A stretch of DNA of 64,000 bases from Thermoanaerobaculia bacterium (GTDB lineage Bacteria > Acidobacteriota > Thermoanaerobaculia > UBA5066 > Gp7-AA6). The DNA lies in NCBI GenBank assembly GCA_035498835.1, contig DATJZU010000035.1:8625-72624 (forward strand), read 5' to 3'. Position 1 is the first letter of the stretch. The number at the start of each line of letters is the position of its first letter. This document shows positions 1-8,668 of the stretch, piece by piece. The notes beneath the pieces are model-generated. The model did no database searches. It was not told the origin of the DNA and saw only the letters and a program-made list of their open reading frames with translations. The position numbers and the translations under genes were made by a program.

Positions 1-447
1 GCCGCCCTGACGGCGACGGCCGTCGTTCTCGGCGTCGCTCTCGTTCCGCGCGAGCTCGCCGGGAAGATCGTACGGAGGGACCTCCCACCGGTCGATGAGG
101 CCTCGCGTGCGACGTATTTTTCGTCGCGCCTGCCGTCCTATCCGCTCTACCGGCGATTGAACGCCGAGCACGGCGGCCGCTACACGATCTACGCGTTTCA
201 CGACGAGACGATGAAGTACTTCTGCGAGGGGCGGCATCTTGGCGACTGGTTCGGCCTGGCGTCCTACGGCCGCATGAACCTGTCGAGCGGGAGCGCCCTG
301 CTTCGCAGTCTCCAGCAGCTCGGCGCAGATCACCTGCTCGTCAACGACTCGTACTTTCCGACGCGGTTGCCGCAGGACGACGTCTTCGCGGCCCACTTCG
401 AGGAGATCTTCCGCAGCGGCGCAATTCGCGCCTTCCGCGTCCGCTGA
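1..447 (+). CDS. hypothetical protein, 5'-truncated at window edge (C-terminal ~148 aa)
   Basis: Frame 1 is open from nt 1 to the stop at 445-447, so the Met at 157 in the ORF track is internal. Composition is normal (RYTIYAFHDETMKYFCEGRHLGDWFG...), unlike the shadow ORFs. It converges on the GT-C gene ending at 463. No family recognised. Confidence 0.45.
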   Translation, partial: AALTATAVVLGVALVPRELAGKIVRRDLPPVDEASRATYFSSRLPSYPLYRRLNAEHGGRYTIYAFHDETMKYFCEGRHLGDWFGLASYGRMNLSSGSALLRSLQQLGADHLLVNDSYFPTRLPQDDVFAAHFEEIFRSGAIRAFRVR

Positions 448-462
448 TCGGTGCCCGCGGCC

Positions 463-2139
463 TCAGGGCCGCGGGCAGAGCTCTACCTCGACGAAATCGT
501 CGTCGATCGTGATCGTCCGGAGCGCGAGGCCCGCTTCCGACGCGAGCGCCGGGATCTGTCTCTGCAGGTCTTCGCGTTCGCCTTCCGGGCGGAGCGTGTG
601 CGGCCCCGTGAAGAGATTGCGATTCACGCTGAACGCCGTCTGGCACGCCAGCCCGACCGCGCCGAAGGTCGCCCGCAGCTCCGCGTAGAGCGCGGGGCTG
701 CGGAAGTCCATGAGGAAGAGAAAGCGGTGGTAGATCGCGGTGAAATGCCGATCTCCGCGAGAGAACTCGTACCGGTCGGCCGGCGGAGACTCCGAAACGC
801 GGCCAGCGGAGCGGCAGTCCCACTGGTAGAAGTCCATGAAGAGGGCGATGAAGTTCAGTTGATCGAAATGCACCACCCCGGTTCCGGGGCCGCCGAGATT
901 CTTCGCGAAGATGCCGGCGCGCACGTTCATCGGCTCGTCGCGAAAGATCTGCGCGTTTCTGTTGTGGAAAGCGGCGAGCCCGATCGCCGCCGCGCCCAGG
1001 GCCCCGAGCGCGAGACGTCCCGGCGGCGGAGCCATTCGCACGAGCCGATCGAAGGCGATGGCCCCCGCGAGGACGGCGAGGTAGAGGATCAGGATCTGGT
1101 GCCGGTGGGTTCCGCCGAAGGGATAGCGGCCGAGATAACCGAGCGCCGCGCCGATGGCGAGGAGAAGCGTCAGCACGAGTGCCGGAAATAGCCGTTCGAC
1201 GCCGCGTCCGGCCGGCGGCCGTTCCGCGGCCGGCGCGAGGATCGCCACCGCGAGAAACAGCGCGAGGACGGTGAGGGCCGCTCGCGGGGCGAGCGCGACC
1301 GGCGAGTAGAGGTTCGCCGTCGCGGCGAGCGTCCGCGCGAGGAACGCTCCCGCGCTCTCCGCGCCGGGTCGAAAGTAGAAACGGGGGAGCCCGCTCGCGG
1401 GCCCGCTCAACATCCGGATCCAGGAGCTCGCGAGGAAGCGGTACAGAGCCGCTCCGACGAGGGCCGGAGGGAGGAGCGTCAGGGCGTCCGCCGCGATACG
1501 GCGGGGCAGCGCGCCGAGGAGACGACGCCGGTAGTCCGGCCGGAGGATCGCGGCGAGAAGCGGCGCGAGCACGACGGCGATCAGGAAGAGGCCCGAGAGG
1601 TACTCGGTCATCAGCGCCAGCGACGCGCAGATCGCGAAGCCCGCGCGGCGTCCGAACGGCGGCGGTGCGTCCATCCGGAAGAGGTCGAGCGCGAAAAGGA
1701 ACGCGGCGAGCACGAAGGCCACGGCGAGCGTGAACCCTTCCACCTGGACGGAGAGCGCGATCGCCGTCGTCGAGAGCGCGATCGCGAGCGCGCCGAGGGC
1801 GCTCGCCGCCGGGACGCATCCCAGCCGGTCGAGGATGAGGCCCACGAGAATCACCGAGCCGACGCCGGCCGCGAGCGGGACGAGGCGGTAGGAGAGGAGC
1901 GAGCGGCTGACACGGTCGCAGGCCTTGAGCAGCAGGAGGAAGAGCGGCGGGTGCGCGATCGTCCCGAGCTCCTGGCGGAAGAAGCGCGCGGCGAAGAGAT
2001 GCCAGGCGCCATTGTGCGAGAGCGGGCGGTGGGCCGCGAGCCACAGCCGCGGGACGAGGGAGATCGCGGCGACTGCGAGGAGAAGGGTCGCCGGGGCGCG
2101 CCGCCCCGATTCGGAAGGGGAGTCCGGTCCGCCGCTCAT
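463..2139 (-). CDS. polytopic membrane glycosyltransferase, GT-C fold (ArnT/PMT-like, presumably polyprenyl-phosphate-sugar dependent) with ~170-aa C-terminal soluble domain
   Basis: This is the C-terminal 558 aa of the 1728-aa track ORF 463..5649, starting at the ATG at 2139 (MSGGPDSPSE...). It has ~11-13 hydrophobic helices, an RLW...AWHLFAARFF N-terminal loop typical of ArnT/PMT-type GT-C enzymes, and a hydrophilic C-terminal domain. Its start overlaps the stop of the upstream giant gene (ATGA at 2136-2139). Confidence 0.7.
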   Translation of the reverse strand: MSGGPDSPSESGRRAPATLLLAVAAISLVPRLWLAAHRPLSHNGAWHLFAARFFRQELGTIAHPPLFLLLLKACDRVSRSLLSYRLVPLAAGVGSVILVGLILDRLGCVPAASALGALAIALSTTAIALSVQVEGFTLAVAFVLAAFLFALDLFRMDAPPPFGRRAGFAICASLALMTEYLSGLFLIAVVLAPLLAAILRPDYRRRLLGALPRRIAADALTLLPPALVGAALYRFLASSWIRMLSGPASGLPRFYFRPGAESAGAFLARTLAATANLYSPVALAPRAALTVLALFLAVAILAPAAERPPAGRGVERLFPALVLTLLLAIGAALGYLGRYPFGGTHRHQILILYLAVLAGAIAFDRLVRMAPPPGRLALGALGAAAIGLAAFHNRNAQIFRDEPMNVRAGIFAKNLGGPGTGVVHFDQLNFIALFMDFYQWDCRSAGRVSESPPADRYEFSRGDRHFTAIYHRFLFLMDFRSPALYAELRATFGAVGLACQTAFSVNRNLFTGPHTLRPEGEREDLQRQIPALASEAGLALRTITIDDDFVEVELCPRP

Positions 2140-5100
2140 CCGGCCGGCGGCGTCGCGAGCCGGCAGTAGAAGAGCTCGGTGTTCCGGATGCCCTGCTCCG
2201 GGAAGTCGTCCTTCGTGTAGTCGACCGTGAACCCGAGCGTGGCGAGCTTGTCGTCGAGATCCGTTCCATAGGAGCGGTACGTGAGCGTACGCCCTTCCCC
2301 CGAGTTGGCGTCGCCGTGGTGCTCCTTCGCCATCAGATAGCGGTCGGACGACGGGTCCGCCGGGTCCACCACCTCGATGCGCGTCACCGTCAGCCGATCG
2401 CGCAAGTGCGGCACCGTGAAGATGTGAACGCCGCCGGGCCTGAGCACGCGGCGGATCTCGGAGTGCGCGCGCTCGTCGAGGCGCACTTGCTCGAGGACGT
2501 CGCTCGTCACGACGACGTCGAAAGACGCGTCGGGGAAGGTCAGCGCCTCCAGGTTCTGGTTCGTCGCGCCGCCGCCGAGGCGCTTGCCGCGCTTCTGCTT
2601 CGGGTCGAAGCGCGAGGTCGAGACGTCGATCCAGGAGCAGCGCGCGAGAAGGTCCGGGATCGGGTAGGCGTTGCCCTCGCCGTAGAAGGCGACCTGCGTG
2701 TCGTAAACGGCGAGCTTCCGCTTCGGCAACGCGTCGCCGAGTGCCGCGAGGTTGTCGGCCCGGGCGCCCGCGAGCTCCTCGGCCGCGCGGAGGAGACCGC
2801 GCGCGATCGAGCGGTAGCGGGACGTCGTCAGGCAGTGGGCGCAGGTCAGCGACTCGCGGAAGAGGAGCGGATCCGTGTAGTAGAAGCGCGTCCTCTCGCC
2901 GCAGACGTTGCACGTGCCCGAGAGCGAGGACATGCCGCGGAAGCGGGGATCGGTTGGTCCTGTCGCTTCCTTTGGCGGCGCCGGCACAGCCGGCGCAGAT
3001 GCTGCGGCCCGCGGCGCCGCCTTCGGCGCGCGCTCTCTCTTCTCCAGGGCCTCCAGCACCGTGTCCACGCGCGCCGACCATGAGTTCTCGCGGCCGACCT
3101 GACGCACCCGCTCCCGATACGCCGCGTCCTTTCCGCGCTCGCGCGCCGGGTCGAGCGCCGCCGCGAAGTCCTCCGCCGTTTGGACGATCGCGACCTCCGG
3201 GTACGCCATGCACTCGGGCATCGGCGTCGTGATCGTGGCCTTCCCGCCCGCGAAGTACTCGTAGAGCTTGAGCGGCGACGTGGCCTTCGTGATGTCGTTG
3301 ATCTTGAACGGAATCGTCGCGACGTCGAAGAGCCGCAGATACCCCGGCAGCGAGTGATAGTCGCGCGGGCCGAGCCAGAGGACGTTGGGGCATTTCAGGA
3401 CCGGCTGCCCGCGCAGGCTCTGGTCGTACATCGGGCCGATCAGGAGGAAGTTCCAGTCCGGCCGCGCGCGCGCGACCTTCTCGAGAAGCTCGTAATCGAA
3501 CCATTCGGCGAGCGCGCCGTAGTAGCCGGCGATCGGCTTGCCGGACTCGCGGAAGGCGCGCAGCTCCTTGTCCTCGGGCAGCGGCGCCTCGTCGTCGGCG
3601 AACCGCTCGAACTCGACGCCGTTCGGCACGCCGACGGCGTCCGGCCGCACGGCCAGCGCCTGCTCGTGAAGCTTCTTCGCGACGCTCGCCACGACCGTCG
3701 CTTCGGCGAGGCCGCGCGCGTGGTTCTTCTCGAGGAGCGCGCGGTCGTACGGGAACACCTCGAGGTCGTCGATCCAGTCGTACACGGACGCGGAGCCGGC
3801 GGGGTAGGCGTCCACCTTCTGCCAGTTGTAGGTGAACGCCCAGAGCAGCGGCTCCGGAAGCTGCTCGAGGAGGCCCTCCGGTCCGCGGAAGAGGAAGAGG
3901 TTCGGCTGGATCTCCTTGAAGCCGTTCACGTCGTCGTGCGCGTTCGAGCAGTCGAAGATCGCGACCCATCCGCGCCGCGCGAACGTGCGCGCGAGGTGAT
4001 GCGGCCGCTGGAAGAGCGCGATGCCCCAGCCGACCGACGGGAGGAACACGACCGCGCCCTCGCTCGCCGCGATGCGCGCGCGCACCGCGTCGAGCTGCTC
4101 CCGGTAGAAGCCCAGATCGGCGCGCTTCCAGACGTCCACGCCTTCGGCCTTCCAGGCCTCGCCCCACTTCTCCTCGTACTTCTTCCGGTTCTCCTCGAAG
4201 AGCGCGAGGTACTTCTTCTCGCCGAGCAGGCGGAACGACGCCTTCTGCCAGTGGTGCACGAACGCGTCGCGCGCGCAGCGGATCTCCCAGCCCTTCGCGC
4301 GGGCGCGGCGGTTGAAGTCGTCGTCCTCGAACATCCCGGTGCCGAAGCGCTCGTCGAGCGCGCCGACCGATTCGTACACCTCGCGCTTCATCGCGAGGCA
4401 GAACATCGCGAGCATCGGGATCGCGAAGACGTGGCCGTCGTTCTCGCGGACGAAGTCCTCGGCCCAGGCGGGCAGGTCCTCGACGCCTTCGTATCCGACC
4501 TCGACCTTCGCCTCGTTCGAGATGGCATTGGTGACGGGGCCGACGAGGCCGAGCTTCGGCTCCGCGGCGAGGTGACGGACGAGCGCCGAGAGCCAGCCGC
4601 GGGTCACGACGGTGTCGTTGTTGAGGAGGACGAGGTAGTCGCCGGTCGCGAGTACCAGCCCCTGGTTGTTGGCGGCGGCGAAGCCGCGGTTGTCGTCGTT
4701 GAGGACCACGCGCAGGTTCGCGTATCGCGACTCGGCTTCGCGCAGGTACTCGCGCGTGCCGTCCTGCGACGCGTTGTCCACCACGATGACCTCGAAATTC
4801 GGCCACTCGGTGCGGCCGTAGAGGCTCTCGAGGCAGAGCCGGTTGAGGGACAGGTTGTTGTACGTCACGACGACGATCGTGGCCTTCGCGAACGTCGCGG
4901 CCACCGCGGGCGCGAGCGCCTCGAACCGTCGCTCCCAGGAGTTCTCTTTCCCGAAGGCGTGCCGGCGCGCGACGAGCGCCGGGTCGTCTTCCGCGAGCGC
5001 TGCCGCGATCTCGCGCTCGAATTCCTCGGCGCGGTTGGCGAGCCGGACGAGAGGCGCCATCGGCGCGACCTCCGGAATTGGCACCGACACGATCGGCCGG

Positions 5101-7604
5101 CCCGCGGCGAGGATCTCGAAGGCCTTGACCGGGCTCGTGGCCTCGGTCAGAGGATTGCGCTTGAAGGGCAGGATGGCCACGTCCATCCGGGCGAGCCAGG
5201 AGGGGATTTCCGCGTACGGCTTCTCGCCCGGCAGCGAGACGTTCGGCAGCTTCGACAGTCGGCTCGTGTCGGCGGTATAGGTCGAGCCCACGAGCAGGAA
5301 GTCCCAGTCGGGCCGTCTTTCCGCGACGTCGGCCACGAGGTCGGAGTCGAACCAGTTGGCGATCGCCCCGTAGTATCCGACGACCGGCCGGGCCTGCCGA
5401 GCGCAAGGCCCGATCTCGAAGTGGCCGGGCTCGCAGGCGTTGGGCAGGAGGAGCACGTTCGCATTCGCCGCGCGGGCCCGCGCTTCGAGGAGGCCGGAAG
5501 ACGCGACGACCAGGTCGGCCGCGGCGAAGAGCTCGCGCTCGTCCTCGGCCATGTCGGGGCGGTTGGTCGTGAAGCCCGCGTGGTCGTCCATGCAATCGTA
5601 GATCACCGGCCAGGCCAGCTCCTCTCGGGCCTTCTGCGCGAGCGGCCACCAGAAAGGCAGCTGGACGACCAGGGCGGTCGCACCGAGCGAGAGGTCGCGG
5701 CGCATGGCGTCGAGGTCCGAGAAAAGCGCGTCGCGGGCGGCGGCGTCCATGGTCTGCCGGTAGACATTGAGCGCGGCGCCGCGGAGCGACACCTCCCAGA
5801 CGTTGTCGCGCTTGCGGCGGAGCTCGTACGGCGCGCCGCCCTCGCGGAACGTCTGCGCGACGTAGAAGACGCGGTGCCCGGCCGCGGCGAAGCGGGACAT
5901 CAACTGCTGCGGTCGCTGGAAGCGGAAGTCCCAGTCGATGATGGGCAGGCAGACGACGTCATGGCGGTTCTCGGCGGCGATCGGCGCCGGCAGCGGAACG
6001 TGGGCCGCGCGCGCCGTCCGGGCGGACGGCGCGGCCGGGGCCGCGGTCCGCGCGTCGGGGCGGGCGGCCGGAGCGCCGCCGCCGAAGAGACGCCGGAGCC
6101 GGCGGCGGAGGGACCAGTAGACCGACATGAGCTTCCAGTAGCGCGAGGTCTGGATCGACAGGATTTCGTTGCGGACCTCGGAGACCTGCTTCTGCAGGAA
6201 GGCCGCCTCGCGCTGGCCGCGCCGCGCCTCGTCCTCGGCGCGCTTCTCGGCGGCGCGCAGCGAGACCGAGAGCGACGCCGCCTCTCGCTCCTTCTCGGAG
6301 AGCCGGCCCGAGAGCGACTGCGCACGCCGCTCCGTCTCGCCGAGCCGCTGCACGAGCCCGCGCTCGATCGGGAATCGTGCGAGCGCCGTCCGGCGAAGCA
6401 GATCGACGATGCCGGCGGTCGCGGCCAGCGCCGGCGCCGCCCCGGACTCGAGCCGCTCGGCGGCGATCTCGGCCGTGCGCCGGGCGCTCTGCGCGAGCGT
6501 GCGGGCGCGCTCGGACAGGTGTTGCGCGTAGCGGCCCCGCTCCTCGAAGGCTTCGGCCAGGCGCGACGCGAGCCCGCCGGCGTCGATCGTTGCGAGCGGG
6601 AGCGCATAGTCGGGCTGGCCGATCTGGCGCATGAACCGCGAGACCTTCGGGTCGTATTCGAGGGAAACGAGCGGCACGCCCGCCGTCGCGGCGAACACGC
6701 CCGCGTGGAGGCGCATCGCAAGCACGAGGTCGCACTGTCCGATCGCCGCCGCGAGCCGCGCGGGGTCGCTTCCTCCCGGCAGGATGCGGGCGGCGTCGCC
6801 GTGGCGCATCCGCTCCCGGACGCGCGCCGCGACGGCCGCGTCGTTCTCCTCGGCGACGGACTCCTGCTGGAACGGCAGGAAGAGCACGGCGCCGCCGCGG
6901 CCCGCCGTTTCGAGGAAGCGATCCAGAGCGCCCGCGGCTGCGGCCTCCCATTGGGCGGGCTCGACGCCGACGTCCCAGTGGCGCAGCGCGACGCCGAGGA
7001 GCGGCCGTTCTTCCGGAATCGCCGGCAGCGGCTCCGGGGCCGCGTCCGCGCGCGGGGCAAACGCAAGCGCGAACGCCGGATCGGCCGTGACCTCGATGCG
7101 CTCGGCCGGCACTCCGAGAGCGACGAGCTCGTCGCGGGACTCGTCGTCGCGCACCGTGATCGTCGCGGCGGCGTCGCAGACGGCCTTCGTGAAATCCCGC
7201 CCGGGTGCCGTCTGGAGCGGTCCGACGCCGGCCGCGTAGATCATGAGCGGCTTTCCATGCAGGACCGCGAGCACGGCCGGCGCGGCGTAGTAGGAGAGGC
7301 CCCAGTGCCGGTCGGTCAGGATGGCGTCGGCGGGGAAGCCCCAGTAATCGTGGAAGATCCCGCCGCCGCCGAGCACGATGAGGTCGGAGCCGCGCGCGGC
7401 GTCTTCGAGGCCGAGCGGATCGCGCCAGAAGACGGTTTCGACGCCGTGGGCCGCCGCCGTCGCGTCGGGATTTCCCGAGACCACCGTGACCGCGGCCTCG
7501 GGCGCGGCCGCGCGCAGGTGCGCCAGGATCGAGGCGAGGATCGCCTCGTCTCCGGCGTTGCCAAAGCCGTAGTAGCCGGCGAGAAGGATGCGGCGCGAGG
7601 TCAC
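2136..7604 (-). CDS. giant multidomain glycopolymer synthase/terminator: polysaccharide pyruvyltransferase (CsaB/WcaK-like) + coiled coil + GT4-like + GT2 + GT4-like + Zn-ribbon + class I SAM methyltransferase (~1822 aa)
   Basis: Uninterrupted ORF (track 2136..7796). The likely start is the GTG at 7604 (alternative TTG at 7616), just before RRILLAGYYGFGNAGDEAILASIL, the conserved N-terminus of the PS_pyruv_trans family. Farther upstream would run into the divergent gene at 7780. Motifs seen: IIDWDFRFQRPQQL with an EATSPVKAFEILAAGRPIV EX7E-like signature (GT4/GT-B); VVVTYNN...VIVVDNASQDGT...DYLVLLNNDTVV (GT2/GT-A); a second GT4-like domain (FLPSVGWGIALFQRPHHL...TSPLKLYEYFAGGKATI); CNVCGERTRFYY...CAHCLTT (4-Cys ribbon); FDVVVTSDVLEQV...VLRPGGVHIFTVPH (methyltransferase type 11). 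A heptad-like segment ERRAQSLSGRLSEKEREAASLSVSLRAAEKRAEDEARRGQREAAFLQKQVSEVRNEILSIQT sits between the pyruvyltransferase and the first GT. Confidence 0.85.
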   Translation of the reverse strand: MTSRRILLAGYYGFGNAGDEAILASILAHLRAAAPEAAVTVVSGNPDATAAAHGVETVFWRDPLGLEDAARGSDLIVLGGGGIFHDYWGFPADAILTDRHWGLSYYAAPAVLAVLHGKPLMIYAAGVGPLQTAPGRDFTKAVCDAAATITVRDDESRDELVALGVPAERIEVTADPAFALAFAPRADAAPEPLPAIPEERPLLGVALRHWDVGVEPAQWEAAAAGALDRFLETAGRGGAVLFLPFQQESVAEENDAAVAARVRERMRHGDAARILPGGSDPARLAAAIGQCDLVLAMRLHAGVFAATAGVPLVSLEYDPKVSRFMRQIGQPDYALPLATIDAGGLASRLAEAFEERGRYAQHLSERARTLAQSARRTAEIAAERLESGAAPALAATAGIVDLLRRTALARFPIERGLVQRLGETERRAQSLSGRLSEKEREAASLSVSLRAAEKRAEDEARRGQREAAFLQKQVSEVRNEILSIQTSRYWKLMSVYWSLRRRLRRLFGGGAPAARPDARTAAPAAPSARTARAAHVPLPAPIAAENRHDVVCLPIIDWDFRFQRPQQLMSRFAAAGHRVFYVAQTFREGGAPYELRRKRDNVWEVSLRGAALNVYRQTMDAAARDALFSDLDAMRRDLSLGATALVVQLPFWWPLAQKAREELAWPVIYDCMDDHAGFTTNRPDMAEDERELFAAADLVVASSGLLEARARAANANVLLLPNACEPGHFEIGPCARQARPVVGYYGAIANWFDSDLVADVAERRPDWDFLLVGSTYTADTSRLSKLPNVSLPGEKPYAEIPSWLARMDVAILPFKRNPLTEATSPVKAFEILAAGRPIVSVPIPEVAPMAPLVRLANRAEEFEREIAAALAEDDPALVARRHAFGKENSWERRFEALAPAVAATFAKATIVVVTYNNLSLNRLCLESLYGRTEWPNFEVIVVDNASQDGTREYLREAESRYANLRVVLNDDNRGFAAANNQGLVLATGDYLVLLNNDTVVTRGWLSALVRHLAAEPKLGLVGPVTNAISNEAKVEVGYEGVEDLPAWAEDFVRENDGHVFAIPMLAMFCLAMKREVYESVGALDERFGTGMFEDDDFNRRARAKGWEIRCARDAFVHHWQKASFRLLGEKKYLALFEENRKKYEEKWGEAWKAEGVDVWKRADLGFYREQLDAVRARIAASEGAVVFLPSVGWGIALFQRPHHLARTFARRGWVAIFDCSNAHDDVNGFKEIQPNLFLFRGPEGLLEQLPEPLLWAFTYNWQKVDAYPAGSASVYDWIDDLEVFPYDRALLEKNHARGLAEATVVASVAKKLHEQALAVRPDAVGVPNGVEFERFADDEAPLPEDKELRAFRESGKPIAGYYGALAEWFDYELLEKVARARPDWNFLLIGPMYDQSLRGQPVLKCPNVLWLGPRDYHSLPGYLRLFDVATIPFKINDITKATSPLKLYEYFAGGKATITTPMPECMAYPEVAIVQTAEDFAAALDPARERGKDAAYRERVRQVGRENSWSARVDTVLEALEKRERAPKAAPRAAASAPAVPAPPKEATGPTDPRFRGMSSLSGTCNVCGERTRFYYTDPLLFRESLTCAHCLTTSRYRSIARGLLRAAEELAGARADNLAALGDALPKRKLAVYDTQVAFYGEGNAYPIPDLLARCSWIDVSTSRFDPKQKRGKRLGGGATNQNLEALTFPDASFDVVVTSDVLEQVRLDERAHSEIRRVLRPGGVHIFTVPHLRDRLTVTRIEVVDPADPSSDRYLMAKEHHGDANSGEGRTLTYRSYGTDLDDKLATLGFTVDYTKDDFPEQGIRNTELFYCRLATPPAG
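2139..2915 (-). other. domain: CxxC...CxxC zinc-ribbon + class I SAM-dependent methyltransferase
   Basis: CNVCGERTRFYY...CAHCLTT, then the methyltransferase motifs FDVVVTSDVLEQV and VLRPGGVHIFTVPH. Confidence 0.65.
3042..4064 (-). other. domain: GT4-like glycosyltransferase B
   Basis: Second GT-B-like domain with a C-terminal TSPLKLYEYFAGGKATI motif. Confidence 0.6.
4152..4895 (-). other. domain: GT2 (GT-A fold) glycosyltransferase
   Basis: VVVTYNN / DNAS.DGT / NNDTVV / ED(D) motifs. Paralogous to the C-domain of the gene at 19481..21529. Confidence 0.7.
5052..5966 (-). other. domain: GT4-like glycosyltransferase A
   Basis: DWDFRFQRPQQL N-terminal motif and EX7E-like C-terminal motif. Paralogous to the N-domain of the gene at 19481..21529. 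Confidence 0.65.
6087..6359 (-). other. domain: predicted coiled-coil spacer (~90 aa)
   Basis: Charged heptad-like sequence rich in E/R/K/A/L/S without Pro/Gly, followed by a Pro/Ala-rich linker. Confidence 0.5.
6477..7604 (-). other. domain: polysaccharide pyruvyltransferase (residues ~65-440 of track ORF)
   Basis: GYYGFGNAGDE N-terminal motif plus ~375 aa with CsaB/WcaK-like features. Coordinates come from residue counting. Confidence 0.7.
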
Positions 7605-7779
7605 GTTCGCGCGCAAGTATATGGAGTGGGAGGACGTCTCGTGCCGCGCGGCCGCTTGTCGGTTCCGGCGCGAGCGTCTACAATTCCGGTAGCTCCCTGT
7701 CGAAAATGACGATCGCGCGCGCGATTTTCCGCACGAGCTCGGCCGCCGTGCGGGACCGCGTCCCAAGGAGGTCACGGCC

Positions 7780-8619
7780 ATGAAGGGACCCCGCATTCTT
7801 AGCCTCGCTCTGGCTTCTGCGCTCGGATTCGCCGGCGTCGGCCGCGCTCAGGCACCTCCGGCCCTGCCGAACCTCGAAGCGCCCCCGCCGGTGCACCCCG
7901 AGCCCGACATTCAGAGAGACGTCGCGTCCGGGAAACCGGCCTCGCCGCGCGACTACGGCGTCGGTAACGTCAACATCCTTCAGATTCCGGCCGCGGCCTT
8001 CGTCCCTTTCAACACCACCTGGACCCACGATGCCAACGGCTACTTCTTTCCGGTGACGTCGAGCACGATCGCGCACGCGTGGGCGCCGCTCCAACTCCCG
8101 AGCGGCGCGAGCATCCAGTACGTCGACCTCTACTACGACGACACGGACGCCACGTACGACGCGACGGCGAAGATTCTCGCGGCGACCGGCAGCGGCTTCC
8201 TGAGCTCCGTGGCCCTCAACCCGATCGGGACCATCGCTTCATCCTCGAGCAATTCCGGGCAGGGATACGCCGCGTCCACCAAGTTTGCCTACACCGTCAA
8301 CAATGACGTGCAGTACAACGGCGGCGCGCAGCTCATCGTGCAAGTCACCTTGCCCTCGACGGCCATTGGATTCAAGGCCGTGGACATCTGGTGGACGCGC
8401 CAGATCTCTCCCGCCCCCGCGACGGCGACCTTCGCCGACGTCCCGACGAATCATCCCTACTTCCGCGTCATCGAGGCGCTCGCCGCCTCGGGGATCACGA
8501 GCGGCTGCGGCGGAAACAACTTCTGTCCGAACGGCACCGTGACGCGGCAGGAGGTCGCCAAGTTCATGGTGCGGGCGCTCGGTCTCTACTGGAACGACTA
8601 CAACCTGGGGCCCTTCTAG
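7780..8619 (+). CDS. secreted protein with one C-terminal SLH (S-layer homology) domain
   Basis: AAGGAGG Shine-Dalgarno 7 nt before the ATG. Signal peptide MKGPRILSLALASALGFAGVGRAQA. The C-terminus FADVPTNHPYFRVIEALAASGITSGCGGNNFCPNGTVTRQEVAKFMVRAL matches the SLH consensus (F.DV...H....I..L...GI..G....F.P...VTR.E.A). It is divergent from the giant gene. Confidence 0.8.
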   Translation: MKGPRILSLALASALGFAGVGRAQAPPALPNLEAPPPVHPEPDIQRDVASGKPASPRDYGVGNVNILQIPAAAFVPFNTTWTHDANGYFFPVTSSTIAHAWAPLQLPSGASIQYVDLYYDDTDATYDATAKILAATGSGFLSSVALNPIGTIASSSSNSGQGYAASTKFAYTVNNDVQYNGGAQLIVQVTLPSTAIGFKAVDIWWTRQISPAPATATFADVPTNHPYFRVIEALAASGITSGCGGNNFCPNGTVTRQEVAKFMVRALGLYWNDYNLGPF

Positions 8620-8668
8620 CGATCGCTTCCGATCGAAGGCGAGCCGGCCCGGCGTAGACTCCTCCCCC

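Noticed and set aside
463-5649. 1728-aa minus-strand ORF as a single gene
   Set aside because: Only the C-terminal 558 aa (from the ATG at 2139) look like a real membrane protein. The upstream 1170 residues are Arg/Pro/Gly junk in an alternative frame of the giant gene. Same reasoning for 341..2269.
3180-7709. 1509-aa plus-strand ORF (and nested ORFs 4312..4575, 4843..5280, 5938..6120 and others)
   Set aside because: Antisense shadow of the giant minus-strand gene. Arg/Glu/Gly/Pro-rich low-complexity translation with no domain-like segments.
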